A stretch of DNA of 64,000 nt from the human T2T-CHM13v2.0 reference genome, Homo sapiens (GCF_009914755.1 NC_060928.1), one strand, 5' to 3'. Shown: positions 27,134 through 41,774, counted from the first letter of the stretch. The notes: generated by a model from the sequence alone, not told the origin. A program made the numbers and translations.

Positions 27134-29528
27134 TGATATGGTTTGAATGTTTGTCCCTTCCAAATCTCATGTTGAAATGTGATTCCCTGTGTTGGAGGTG
27201 GGGCCTGGTGGAAGATGATTGTATCATGGGAACAGATCCCTCATGAATGGCTTAGCATAATCCCTTTGGTAATGACTGAATTCTCCCCTTAGTTAGTTCA
27301 CATGAAATCTGGTTGTTTAAAAGAGTTTGGGACCTCCCCCTTGTCTCTCTTGCTCCTGCTCTCGCCATGTGACATTTTGGCTCCCCATCACCTCTGCCAT
27401 TATTGTAAGCTTCCTGATGCCTCACCAGAAGTAGATGCCAGCAGCATGCTTAATGTACAGCCTCCAAAACCATGAACTAAAATAAAAGCTCCTTTCTTTG
27501 TAAATTACCTAGCATCAGGTATTCCTTTATAGCAATGCAAAAATAGCCTAACACAGAAAATTGGTACCAGAAGCGGGATGTTACTATAAAGACAACAAAA
27601 GATGTGTAAGTGGCTTTGGAATTGGGTAAGAGGCAGAGGTTGGAAGAGTTTGGAGGGCTCAGAAGAAGACAGAAAGACGAATTAAAATGTGGAACTTTGG
27701 TTGTGACCAAAACACTGATAGAAATATGGACAGTGAAGACCAGGCTGACAAGGTCTCAGATGGAAATGAGGAATTTATTGGGCATGTTATGCCCTAGCAA
27801 AGAGCTTGGCTACATTGTGTTCACATCCTAGGGATCTGTGGAAGGCTGAACTTAAGAGTGATAACCTAGCATATCTGGTGGAAGAAATGTCTAAGCAACA
27901 AAGTGTTTAAGATGTGGCCTAGCTGTTTCTAACAGCCTACAATCAGATACAGTAATAAAGAAATGACTTAAAGTTGAAACATATTTAAAAGGGAAGTAGA
28001 GTGTAAAAGTTTGAAAAATTTGCAGCCTGGTCCTGTGGTAACAAAAGAATCCAAGCAGGCTGTGGAGCAACCACTGGCTAGAGAGATTACCATGACTAAG
28101 AAGGAGCCAAGTGCTAATATTCAAGATAATGGTAAAAAGGCCTCAAAGGCATTTCAGAAGTCTTCAGGATGGCCTCTACCACCACAGATTCAGATGCCTA
28201 GGAGGATAATGGTTTCAGGGATTAGGGCCAGGGCACTGCTTCCCTGCTTAGCCCCAGGACACAGCTCGCCTCATTCTGGCCACTCCAGCTCCAGCCTTGG
28301 CTCAAAGGAGCCCAAGTGTAGCTCAGAATGAAGCTCCAGAGGGTGCAAGCCATAAGCCTTGGCTGTTTCCACATGGTATTAAGTCTGCAGGTGCTCAGAA
28401 TGCACGTGTGAAAGAGGTGCAGCAACTTCCTTCTAGGTTTCAGAGGATGTTTTGGAATGCCTGGGTGTCCAGGCAGAAGCATGCTGCAGGGGCATTCTCC
28501 ACAGAGAATCCCTACTATGGCAGTTCCCAGAGGGAAACGTGAGGTTAGAGTCCCCGCACAGAGTCCCCACCAGGCCACTGGTTAGTGGACCTGTGGTAAG
28601 AGGGTCACCATCCTGCAGACCCCAGAATAATAGAGCCACTTGCAGCTTGCATCCTGAGCCTGGAAAAACTATAGGTCATTAATTCCAACCTGTGAGAGCA
28701 GCCACAGAGTTGCCCAAGGACTTGGGAGCCCACCCTTTGTACCAGTGTGCCCTGGATGTGGGACATGGAGTCCAAGTTGATTATTTTGAAACTGTAAGAT
28801 TCAATGACCGCCCTCCTGGGTTTTGGACTTACTTGGAGCCTGCTGCCACCCGTTCTTTTTTTTTGTGACTGGTTTTTCCCTTTCAAAACAGGTATGTATA
28901 ATCAACACCTGTACCACTATTGCATTTGGGAAGTAAATAACTTATTTTTTGATTTATTAGGCTCAGAGGTGGAAAGAGCTTGGCCTTGAGTATTAGATAA
29001 AACTTTGGACCTTTGATTGAGTTAATGTTGGAATAAGTAAGGCCTTGGGAGACTATTGAAAAGGGATGATTGTATTTTGCAGTGTGAGAAGGGCATGAGA
29101 TTTGGGGGGCCAGGGTCATAATGACTTGGCTTGGATGCATGTCCCCTCCAAATTTCATGTTGAAATGTGGTTTCCAATGTTGGAGGTGGGATCTGGTGGA
29201 AGGTAGCTGGATCATGGGGGTGGATCCCTCATGAGTGGCTTAGCCTCATCCCCTTGGTGATAACTGAGTTCTCCCTCGGTTAGTTCATGCAAGATCTGGT
29301 TCTTTAAAAGAGTCTGGGACCTCCCCCTTCTCTCTCTTGCCATGTGACATGCTTGTTCCCCATTGCTTTCTGCCATGAGCGTAAGCTTCCTGAGCTTCAG
29401 CAGAAGCAGGTGCTAACACCATGCTTCATGTACAGCCTGCAGAACTATAGGCCAAAATAAAATCTCTTTTCTTTATAAATTACCCAGTCTTTATAGCAAT
29501 GCCAAAAAAAAAAAAATGGCCTAACACA
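27134..29528 (+). mobile_element. Complete MST (MSTA/MSTB-like) MaLR element: LTR 27134-27555, internal 27556-29121, LTR 29122-29528
   Basis: Two homologous LTRs (TG...CTAACACA). The internal part starts GAAAATTGGTACCAG. Perfect 5-bp TSD GGGAC at 27129-27133 and 29529-29533. Confidence 0.93.
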
Positions 29529-29793
29529 GGGACATTGTGGCTAAGGGATGGAAAGAAGCAACATTACACTAAGTACCATGATGTATGATGGTTAGCAGTG
29601 CTGTCTACATAGTTTGCCAACTCTCGTTATCATTTACTCAGTTATTCCCAATGGGCTTCCCAGGTAGAGAAGGGGTATAGGGTAAGGATGACCTCCTCCA
29701 GCACCCTGGCATCTTTTAAGGAACTGAGGACCAGGGAAGCCACCCCTCCTTCAGGTAGCATACACCAGAAGGCCCAGGTTTGGCTCCTCTTAG

Positions 29794-30713
<920 letters not shown>

Positions 30714-30719
30714 TGAGGG

Positions 30720-31460
30720 CACTGACAGGAGTGCCTATTGATTTTAATTTAGAAGTAAAATTTGTAAATGAGGAATATGTTGCTGCCAGAACTCAGAAGT
30801 ACTAAGAAATATTGGACTTAACTGACCTTAATGGTTGTAAACAATGAATCTCCTTGGAAGAGGATATTAATGTAGTGTCATACCTGTGTTCCTGGAGAAA
30901 GTAGATGCCATTAAGATCTTGTTTGAGAATATTGTATGTGATGACAAAGCTGTTGGGAAGTATCCCATTGGTAACCCAGAAAGGTGTATTGTGCTTCTTC
31001 AGAGGTGGAGGCAAACTGCAGCTGTGAAAGGACGTAGAAATAGGAACTGAATGGAACAGGTTAGCCAAATCTATAAGAGCAAACTATGCCAGATGTTGAT
31101 TGGGTTGAATCAACAATGGTAATAATATTAGTTATTGAGTATAGGGGTCCTAATGAATAGGATCACCGTATTAAGGTTGTAGTAGTCTGTAGTACGGCAC
31201 CTTTTGTATGTCTACATATATATATATATTTTTTCTTTTTTTTCAGATTCGGGAACAGAGAAAGATTGGTTGCTAAATGGAAAAGCAGGAGGGAGAATTA
31301 TCCCTTTAATAATTAGGTTTTATATACTTAGTTTTAATCTTGAGGAGCCCATTTCAACTTATATTGGGCCATATTAACTATTAACTGGGGGGGTTATGGG
31401 GTCCCATTTTATCAATCCAATTTGTAAGTGCCAAAAACTTACTTTAAATTTATTACTTAC
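30720..31460 (-). pseudogene. Decayed retroviral pol (reverse transcriptase) of the ERVL provirus
   Basis: Minus-strand translation across frameshifts gives LQIGLIKWDP, KGIILPPAFPFSN, TTDYYNLN, IDLANLFHSVPIS, QFAST..AQYTF, LPMGY, NSFVITYNILKQDL and HYINIL (degenerate YIDD). Confidence 0.85.
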
Positions 31461-34311
31461 TGTGTCAGAGAATCTAAGTCCAACATAGAATATTTTATAG
31501 CAATGGAGTATATGATTACGGGAAGTGTAGGCATGGCCATAGTTAAATTGAGGAATACTCATTTTTGTATTTTATACAGGCAAAATATAGAAGTAGAATA
31601 TTTAAATTTAGTGGGACCCCAGATGTAACTATAGTTTGAGTCCTGGTATTAATTAAGCCCATGCATTTTGGTCAATTAGTGCATTTTAGCAAATGTTAAA
31701 AGTTAAGTTAGAATCTCTATTGTGGAGACACAAAAGCCAATCAGTGCTGTTTATCGTTTTTATTTATTATTAACAAAAATTCTTTAGTATATGAATTTTG
31801 ACTTTCCAATGAAATCAAATTATGGAAAATATATATACAATTTATTTATTATATATTTATATTGAAATATTGTGTTTGCATATGTATGTATTAATGTTCT
31901 ATATATAAAGTTAATTAAATTAATTACCTTTTATTTTCCTCACCTCTTCTTCACCAACACAGTGAAGCTCAGTGTCATATCACACTTTCCAACTATTACT
32001 GAGGGGTCATTGCTGCTTTCCTGAAACCTGGTGGCCCCTGTCTATAACCTGTGAAATGGTGGTAGAGCTCCACCATCCTGGCCAGCTCACTCTAGCAAGA
32101 TACTAGGACTTCACCATTTATAATCAATACAGTACCGACCACTACAGAGATCCCAGGGCATTGGAACAGTATACCTGCCACAAGGAGCAACACACATTCA
32201 AATAGTGGCCTGCTGCACAGGGTCCTTTGAGATCCCAAGAAAAGCTAATGATGTCACAAAGGAAAACACACCCTGATTATATTGGGACTTGCTCTCTGAC
32301 AGCTTCAAAAGAACTTTAAGAGCTCATAGAGCTGTCTACAGCCACCACAATTTCAAGCAAATCCCCAAGGCAACACCTGAGAGCAGAAGTAGGCACCAGT
32401 GCGAAATAGCTTGATTGAATACTGGCAAGTAGTAGTGCCATCAGATACCAACTGGACCATCTGATACGGGAAATAAGTCATCCATTCCCAGTGGGCAGAC
32501 AATGATATTGTATCCAAGCTTTGACTATAATCATACCTTCTACATCAGTTGTTTTGGATAAAACTCTTTGAGTTGATAGCTATTGTTTTCAGCAGCTACC
32601 AGATGTCCAGACAGAAGAGCATCACCCAGGGATTCACCTGCATGAGTCTCCTTTCGGTGGCTTCACAGTCAGGGGTCAGATTGCAGGTGTGGCTTCAGTG
32701 ACACAACCACCACATAATAGTTTAAGAGATTTTAGTACTCACAGACCCTGGAGGGTACATGGCATGTCAGGAAGCCATACCCACATAGAGGGGGTTCTGG
32801 TAGAGAGAAAGAGAAGGGACCCATGTGTCAGTGCCTTTATTGGGTCCAGGGCATTATCCAAACAATTTTCCTGTAGGGAAACCACCAGCTGTAACTGGTG
32901 GTTTTAAAGCAAGCAGTCATTATTTCCAGGAGGTTACGCTGTGACTGGAAGGTAAACACTTAGAATTCACAGGCAAATGTCTGAATGGTCTATTCAAAAT
33001 AAGTGAGAGAAAAGCTGGGAGCCCAGCCTACTACATGGGAGAGATGCCTCTAAGTTTTTATCTCTGGTCACTGGCTGGAACCATTTAGGTGAGTATAGTA
33101 TAGGAAACTGTGCCAAGTGTGACGGGGCCCTATTTCTGGTAATAAAAAGTTAAACTTACATTAAAAAGTGGTTGCTAAGGCAACAGAAAGTTATACGCAC
33201 TCTACACTCTCCACCCTCCACACACATATTTTATGCTTTTGATGTCAAAATTTACATCATTTTATAATGTATATCTCTTGGCAATTTATCTTACCTACAA
33301 TTTTTATTAATAGTTTTACACACCATCATTACAGAACTATAGTATTTTGAATATGGCTCTGCTCTACGTATACCATTGAGTTCTGTGATTTACTATGCTT
33401 CATGTTATTAATTAGCAGCCTTTTGCTTCAGTTTAAAGAACTCCATTTAGCAATTCCTATAAGGCAAGTATAGTGATGATGAACTCTCTAAGCTTGGGTG
33501 TTTGTGTAAGAAAATTTTTATTACTGTCTCAATATGGAAAAATAGTTTTACTGGATAAAGTATTTTTGGTTAGCAGTTAGCAGTTTCCCCCACCCCCTTC
33601 AAGACTTTGGCTGTATCATTCCATTCTCTCCTGACCTTTAGGATTTCTGCTGAGAAATCCACTGATCCACTGATAGTCATATTGACACTTTTATATTTGA
33701 TGTATCTCTTACATCTTGCTGCTCCCACAATTTTTATATGTGTTTAATTTTTGATAGTTTGATTATTATGTGTTTTAATATACTCAATTTGAGATGAATT
33801 TAATTGGAGCTCTCTCTGCTTCCTGTACCTGGGTGTTGGCATCTATCCTCATATTAGGAAAGTCATTATTTATTTAAATATGGTTTCTGGCCTTTTTTCT
33901 CTTTCTTCTCCTCCTTATGCAAAGGTTTGGTCTCTTGATTGTCCCATAATTCCTGTAGGCTTTCTCCATTCTTTTTTATTCTTTTGTCTATTTGCTCTTC
34001 TAAATGAATAATTTCAGATGTTCTTTCTTTCAGCTGATTTTTTTCTTCTGCTTGTTTGAATCTGCTATTGAAGTTTTCTGTTAATTTTTTTTCTGTTGTT
34101 CAGTCATTGCATTCTTCATCTCTAGAATTTCTATCTGGTTCTTTTTTATTGTCTCTATTTCTTTGTCAATGTTATTGCTGTTTCCATGAAATGTTTTCTA
34201 AATTTCATTAAACTTCCTCTTCATATATTCTTGTAGTTCACTGAACTTATTTATGAGTATTGTTCTGAATTATTTGCAAATCATTTCATAGATCTCCATT
34301 TTGTTGCAGTC

Positions 34312-34608
34312 CTTTATTTATTTATTTATAGATGGAGTCTTGCTCTGTCGCCCAGGCAGGAGTGCAGTGGTGCGATCTCGACTCACTGCAACCTCTGCCT
34401 CCCAGATTCAAGCAATTCTCCTGCCTCAGTCTCCCAAGAAGCTAGGATACAGGATCCCACCACCACACCTGGCTAATTTTTGTATTTTTAGTAGAGACAG
34501 GGTTTCACCATGTTGGCCAGGCTGGTCTCAATCTCCCAACCTCAAGTGATCCTTCTGCCTCAGCCTCCCAGGTGCTGGGATTACAGTCACGAGCCACCAT
34601 GCTCGGCC
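34312..34608 (-). mobile_element. Alu (AluS) inside the L1MA
   Basis: Reverse Alu with a (TTTA)n tail. Confidence 0.95.
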
Positions 34609-35115
34609 ATTACTGAAGCTTTAGTAGTTTCTTTTGAAAGTGTCATGATTACATGATTCTTGGTAATTCTTGCATTCTTGTGCTGTTGTCTGTGCATTTG
34701 AGGAGACAGCTTCCCCTCTGGCCGTTTCAGGTGTTCTTTGGCAGGAATAGAACCTCACTATTTAGTCTAGTCTCTGATTCTGGAAGGGCCAGCTGTAACA
34801 ATCCCAGGCAGGCAGAGCTTGTTTTGAGTTCTTTAGTTGACTAGGATGCTGCCTTCACTCTAACGTTGGATGGGGCTGCTGCTATCCGGTGAGACCACTA
34901 CCTGGGCTCTGCTATGGGGCAAAGCTATTGGCTGGGTACTACAATGGCTTTTGGTCAGATAAGTTACAAAATATATTCCCTGGACGGGCAATTCAGTTAT
35001 TTGGGATCTATATTTGAGTGGGTCTGTAGGATGGGCTTCAAGGTTAGGTGTTAGTGCTACTCAGGACAGGTAGGACCAGAGGCTATGCTCCTTACAGATG
35101 TGTGACTAAGGATTG

Positions 35116-35600
35116 CCTCCCTATCTGGGTGGAGCCATGGGCTGGGCTTTTCTACGAGCTGAGTAGCTGACCACTCCCAAGTCAAGCCCATTTAGCTCCT
35201 TTGCTTTTCTTAAATCCATGGAGGTGAGAGTCTCCCTGCTTGGGAAAGGTCATTGTGTAGATTTTTTTTTTGGTTAAATGGAGCTCTGTTTAACTTCCTA
35301 GGCCAAGCAGAACTAGTCTCTGTGTTTCTCTAAATGAAAATGGGAGTCTTCCTGCCTGGGTAAGGTCATTCAGTGAAATTGCTGCTGAGTGGAGTTGATG
35401 CTTGACTTCCAAGTTCAAGCCAGTCTAGCCCCTTCACTTCTCTGAAATCCACTGAGGCCAAAGTCTTTTTGCCTATGCAGGGTAGCTGGGTGGTTTTTAT
35501 GGCTAGATGGAGCTGCTGCTTGACTTTCTGGATCAAGACAGTCTAATCTCTTTGCTTCTCTAAAATGGGAGGAGGCAAGCATCTCCCTGACTGGGTGGGA
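35116..35600. repeat. Diverged ~116-bp tandem repeat (4+ units) in the L1 5' UTR
   Basis: Unit starts (TCTCCCTGCCTGGG-like) at 35116, 35231, 35347, 35464 and 35582. Confidence 0.8.
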
Positions 35601-36658
35601 CCACTGGAGTAGGCTCTGAGGCAGGCAAGGAGAATAACAGTCTAGAAACTCAAACTACCTTGAACTTCCCACCATGCTTCTCAAGGCAACCAGCTCAGCT
35701 TTGTGGATGCGCTATAAGGTTGACTGATGTCTCTGATCAGGCTCCATAGCTGGCAACAGCACAGAGGCATTACTAAGATCCATGTGCTGGTAACTATGAC
35801 TTATGCCTCCTTTCTTTATTTCTACCTGACACCAGGCATTCTAGCCATGTCATTTTCCCCAGTGTTCCCTGTGAGACTAGAGTGGGCTTGTAGGAAACAA
35901 CTCAGAATGCTAGGAAAGCTGGATGACTACCTCTAGTTCTCTTTTCCCCCTGTAAAAACTGTGAGCCCAGGGAAATCCTCTCCCTCTGGCATCGTGCTAA
36001 CTTGGGGAAGGAAAAGGGGCAGCACAGTCAGAGTGAGACCATTCTTCTTATCCTTCTAATTCAGATTTCATTCAGTTCTATGGACCACATAGGTGTCAAA
36101 GGCTTGTTTCTAAGTGTTGGGGTTTTCAAAAGGACGTTCTAATCTGTGAATAGTTGTTTGCTGAACTTTCTGTGATGGGGGATTGAAGCCCGAGACTTTC
36201 ACCATCTTGCTGACGTCTCCTGCCTTTTGCTTATTTTTATCTCTTACTTTCTACTCTAAATGGTAAAGTAAATAAAACTCTTACCTGTCCACCTTCCTCA
36301 CTTTTATAATTCTATCATAAAGTATAAAGGTGAGAAATCTTGGCTTTCAAAATGCCTTCTAATATTTACAGAGCTGGAAGATTGTAAAAAATTCAGAGTG
36401 GCCATATTCATTAAGAACTTTGCTCTCCAAGGCTACAGGAATGCATCAAGAAAATAAACCATAAATATGATACATTGTTGATCATTCAGCACTCAAAAGA
36501 CTCTCTTTGAGGACTATACTTTAAAAATATACAGTTTTTCTACTAAAATAAAATAAAAACTTAGAATTTGAAGCTGATGAACAGCAAAATCAATGTCAAT
36601 GTAATGAAATTTTGTCATATTATTTCTTTTCTGGTTCCATAGCTTTAATACTCTTATT

Positions 36659-36897
36659 TATATATATCATATATTAATATATAACATATATGTTAACATA
36701 TATAACATGTTATATATAACAACATATATATGTTATATATAACATGTTATATATAACAACATATATATGTTATATATAACATGTTATAACGACATATATA
36801 TGTTATATATATAACAACATGTTATATAAACATATATATGTTATATATAACAACATATGTTATATAAACAACATATGTTGTATATATAACATATATT
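36659..36897. repeat. AT-rich palindromic minisatellite (~37-bp unit)
   Basis: Unit TATATATAACATGTTATATATAACAACATATATATGT is repeated and then degenerates. Confidence 0.9.
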
Positions 36898-38707
36898 GAT
36901 TTTAATTGTATATTTTGTGTATTGTCATTTCCAATGAGGATGTTCCAAAAATTAATATTTTAACTAAAAACAAGTATTGAAAGGCTTGTACTAAATGTGA
37001 AGTTTTACAAACACAAACTCCATTTTCTTTTGTATAATATGTGTAAACAAACTATGATGCTTTTTATGAACTGGTTATTTAAATATGTGGAAGTGAGCAA
37101 ATGTTATTGCTGATTCAAAAGAAGGCAAAGGCACTTGCTGTGTGAGCAGAAAATGTTAAAGCTATTTGTGAAGGAAAGAGTATGTCACCTAAATTAATGT
37201 GGTAGACTCGCCTCATAAGTCATCTCCACCACTCAGCTCTACCACACTGCTGGAAAGAGTAGGGGTCAATATTCTACTCATTTAGAACACACAGGGCCTA
37301 TTTATCCACTGTGGGACTCATATTTCTTCATGTAGTCAGGACACAATAAGACTCAGGTTAAAAACTTCTTTAAGAAATCAATTATTCAAGATACTATATC
37401 AGCCATTAAACTTAAACAAATATTTCAAAATCCTGCTTGCTGTCGTCAGTTAGGGAATGCCATGACTAGACTACATATACATCTACAGACTCAAGTTTCA
37501 GCACTGTCACATAGGCTCCTCACTCCCACTCAATAAATTGTTTCCTTCCTCATGTGTTTATTGAATCCTGCTTTCTTTTCTTTTATTTTTTTCCAAAATC
37601 CTTTTAAAAGGTACATGACATTTCTCTGCTCAATTAGACTTAATAACTAAATTTTTTTACTCAGAAGGGATGCCATATTAAGCATGGTGGCCATGCTCAC
37701 AAAAAAAAAAAAAAAAATGAGGGCAGTAAGTGAAGAATATCAGACGTAAGGAGGCACTGACAGTGTCTAAAGCAAACTTCGAGTGGTCAACATTTTGTTT
37801 CTGATTCTCTTTTTGTGGAAGGTAATAAAGTACTACATGTACTTATGGTAATGTTTAAAGAGCTATTTCTGAAGATTTAGATTAATGATTGCTACTTATA
37901 GAAATTATGATTGGTCATAACAGTTAAATGAATATTGAACAAATGGACTTTTCCTATCCTTGTGGGCCAGTTTCCAACAGTATACATATTCTTGGTACTG
38001 TTTTGTTCCCATAGTTGCACAGAGTTATACTTTGGTTTTGTTGTTCAGGAAATAAGCTCATTCAGTGTACCCATATGGTGCCCTAGATTCTATTGAAAAG
38101 TCAACGAATTATGTTGGTGAATGACAGTGGACCACTTGATGCCCTCATTTTCTTTTCTATTATTTGGTTTGAGTTCGTTTTGATTGCTGAATATTAAGTA
38201 TCTGTATCTGCTTAGAATGGATGAGAATTATAGGAGCTGAGAATATGGTGGAAAAAGGCAAGAAGCTGACTCAAACCTCGCAGCTGGCATGACGAGATTT
38301 GACCACCTGGGTTGCCCATTTTCTAATGCTCCACAGAGATCTATGTACATTCGACCTTTTCTGCCAGTCTTTGTTTCAAATCAAACTACTTCTTTAACAA
38401 CTTTCTTTCAGATTAACTTTTTTAAATACTCATTGAGTACCAATTATCTATGAAGCACTGATAGGTTTTTTTAATAAAAAATATTAAAAGAATGTAATTC
38501 ATGTTTTCAAGGAGTTCAGGATCCTTGGGAAAATCACCATTAAATCAATACACTTAAATAAAAACTACTGTAACTGGTGGCATGTTATATGTGGAAAAGA
38601 TAAACGTGTCTAAGGAGGTTTGGGACAGAAGGGTTAAATAGCAAGAAAAACAAGTAATACTTTCTAAAAGAAGTGACATGGGAGGGGAGCCTTAAAAATT
38701 GTGATTG

Positions 38708-39349
38708 TACCCTCTTCTTAGTATGTATCTAAAGGAATAGATATTGGTATGCAAAAGAGATACCTGCACTCCCATGTTCATTATTCAAAATAGCCAAGGT
38801 ATAGAAGCAACCCAAGAGTCCATCAACAGATTAATGGATAAAGAAAAATGTGATATATATATACACACAGACAAAATAAAAGGAAATTCTGTCATTTACA
38901 ACAATACAGATGAAATTGGAGAGCATTCTGCTAAGTAAAATAAGCCAGGTACATAACATCAGATACTATACCATCTCACCTACCTTGGAGTGTAAGAAAG
39001 TCAACCTTCGAGAAACAAGGTAAAAAGGTGGTTACCATAGGTAGAGAAGGGATAGGTACAGGAGAGAAGTTAATCAGCAAGTACAAAATTTTAGTTAGAC
39101 TGGAGGAATAAGTTTTAGTGATCTATTACACTCTGTGGTGACCACAGTTAATAAAAATGTGTTGTATATTTCAAAATTGCTAGAAGAGTAGATTTTTCAT
39201 CTTTTCACCACAAACAAAAAACAGTCGATGAAGAGATGGACATGTTAATCAACTTGACTTAATCTTCCTTAATGTTTATATACATCAAAGTATCACATTG
39301 TATCTTTCAAATATACATAATTGCCATTTGTCAATTAAAATATAATTTC
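38708..39349 (+). mobile_element. 5'-truncated L1MA (L1MA4/5-like) 3' end
   Basis: KRDTCTPMFI ORF2 remnant and L1MA 3' UTR. Perfect 14-bp TSD AAAAATTGTGATTG at 38694-38707 and 39350-39363. Confidence 0.9.
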
Positions 39350-39783
39350 AAAAATTGTGATTGCAAAATATAATGTGAATTTGACAGGTGAGATCTAGCA
39401 ATCACTGCCTTTGTCTCACCAACTAAAGGTACAATAATAAGGGTCAGAGTTTATCCTTCCATCCCATGCACTTTCAGTTGATATATGTTTCCATTCCATG
39501 CATTGCTAGCAGATTGGTTAGAATTTTTGTTGCCATGAATCCATCATCCCTGCTCTTCTTTCATTTCTTTGTGACAAAAGACTCAATTTCTATAAACATA
39601 TTTTCACAGATGTCTCTTTTTCTATCATGTTGTCATATTTTAGTCCCTTCCTTGACAATTTGTAAGTTCTCTAAATTCAGCGAAATGGTGCTCTCCAAAG
39701 CAAAACAACAAAGATATCAGACCTGGAGCAAATCAAAGTTGGTTTCTCTTTTCTTCTGTGATATAACATTAAAAAAAAAATCT

Positions 39784-40091
39784 AGCGGGGTGCGGTGGCT
39801 CATGCCTGTAATTCCAGCACTTTCGGAGGCCGAGGTGGGCAGAGCAGAAGGTCAGGATTTCGAGACCAGCCTGGCCAATATGGTGAAACCCTGTGTCTAC
39901 TAAAAATACAAAAATTAGCCAGGCATAGTGGCGTGTGCCTGTAGTCTCAGCTACTTGGGAGGTTGAGGTGGAAGAATCGCTTGAACCCGGGATGCTGAGG
40001 TTACAGTCAGCTGAGATCATGCCACTGCACTCCAGCCTGGTTGACAAAGCGAGATTCTGTCTCAAAGAAACAAAACAAAACAAAAACAAAA
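39784..40091 (+). mobile_element. Alu (AluS)
   Basis: Full Alu with a (CAAAA)n tail. Confidence 0.95.
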
Positions 40092-41774
40092 CTATGAGAC
40101 AAATCAACAAAAGGAGACCTCACAAAACCACCTAAAATGACTTGAAGAGTAGGCCCTGTTTCTTCAGATTGTTGAGGGAATACTATCATAGAAGAGAAAG
40201 CAGGAACTCTGAATACTGGGCATCTCTCCCACTATTTGTCCCTTGTGTTTTCTTGTTCTATAATGCGGCCAAACCTTTGGCATCACCTGTATTCAAGTTA
40301 CATTCATGCACTTGCCAATGTCCTCCCTTCAGGTAGAACAAAGGAGGCTAATTTAGTTGTCATGTGGAAACAAGGATGTGTAGAAGTGGAGGTACAGAAT
40401 AGACAAGGAAGCATGAGTGTTTATGGAGAGCTTTCAGCAACAGGAAGCAGAAGGAATCAAGGAGAGCACAAATGTGACAATCTGGAAGAGAATTGCCTCT
40501 GTATGTTCAGCAAACATTCATCACCCTCTCCTTCTCAGCTCGCTCATTCTTCAATAACCACACCCTAGAAATTGACACTGTATCACTTTCATTAGTTATA
40601 CTTTCATTTGTCTAATTGTTCTCAACCCTCTCTTGGCATAAGAAACAGGATTGTAGAATGACTAGTATCCACAGGAAAAGTAGATTCCATCTTCAGTAGC
40701 TTATGGAAAGGCTGATAATAATTTATTCTTATTGATCTCTTCCAGAAAGTCATAGAAGGAACAGCCCACCACCTAGAAGAAGAAAGAGAGGCAATTTTTC
40801 TGTGATTTTAAATGTATAAAAAGAAAAAATATTAATTGCAGCATTAACTGTAAGCTGCACAGACAATAAATTGAAGATTGATTAAGCTCCCAAGTGTTGC
40901 TGTGATTATTAACCAATAGCATCAGCAACTTACTACTCTACTTTACATGTCATAAACAGAGTAATAGTGAAAGATCAACAGGCACAACTACATGTGGTTA
41001 TGATTTGTTCGTGTAATCTTAGAAGTCTCATGAAAATGGAAGACAAAGCAGGTATTAGATAGTACAGAAATCTAGGTATTCCCATTTTAATTGTTCCTGT
41101 ACCAGCAGAGTTTAATTTCAGATTGTAACATTTTAGGATAGAGTTTGGTTCATTGTGTGTTCCAGTTTTAAAAGACAGAATTTTCTTATGTGGAAACCTG
41201 CCTGCAATTGCTGTAATTTTTTTCTATCTTTTATTGTAACTTTGAAAAAAAAAACACTTAATTTCACCACTTTTCACACCCTTTATTTTTCTGTCTACTA
41301 GAATAAATTTGAGCTGAATATTTAATCTACCCACTTTACCAAGCATTTTCAATCATCAAAAAGCTGATGTGAAGGTAACTGAATGTGATACGGAAAAACA
41401 GAATGAATCAGTAGAATTACCTAAAATTTATGTCATTCTAAAGCAGAGAGGTCAGTTCCTATCTTTTTTACACTTCTTCATATTGCCTAATTCAGTACAT
41501 GGAATATAACAGGTTCTCAGAATTTCATGGTAAAATTGGATAAATATGAATATTCTTGTGTTATACAGAAACAGTAAATTATATTTGTCACCCAGTTCTT
41601 ACAACATAGTCTCTAGGGAAGCAAGAGGCCATCCAGCCTTTCAGAATTAAGGCTTGAAAAGTAGATTTGCTAAGGTAAGTGTCAATAAGGCCAGTTACAG
41701 GATCAAAGTGTTTTAGAGTATGAGACCTGGCCAGCAGTTTAAGTGAAATTGTCTCTTCAAAGGGGAACAAAGCA

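Noticed and set aside
27477-29215. Dense stack of ORFs on both strands
   Set aside because: They lie within the MST internal region and LTRs. This is a fragmented MaLR ORF remnant in higher-GC sequence.
35116-35600. Regularly spaced repeats as a CRISPR-like array
   Set aside because: Whole units are homologous with no unique spacers, the context is a eukaryotic L1 5' UTR, and there are no cas genes.
39466-39903. 145-aa ORF, the longest in the window
   Set aside because: The C-terminus runs into an Alu. The rest has no recognisable domain or splice context and is consistent with chance.
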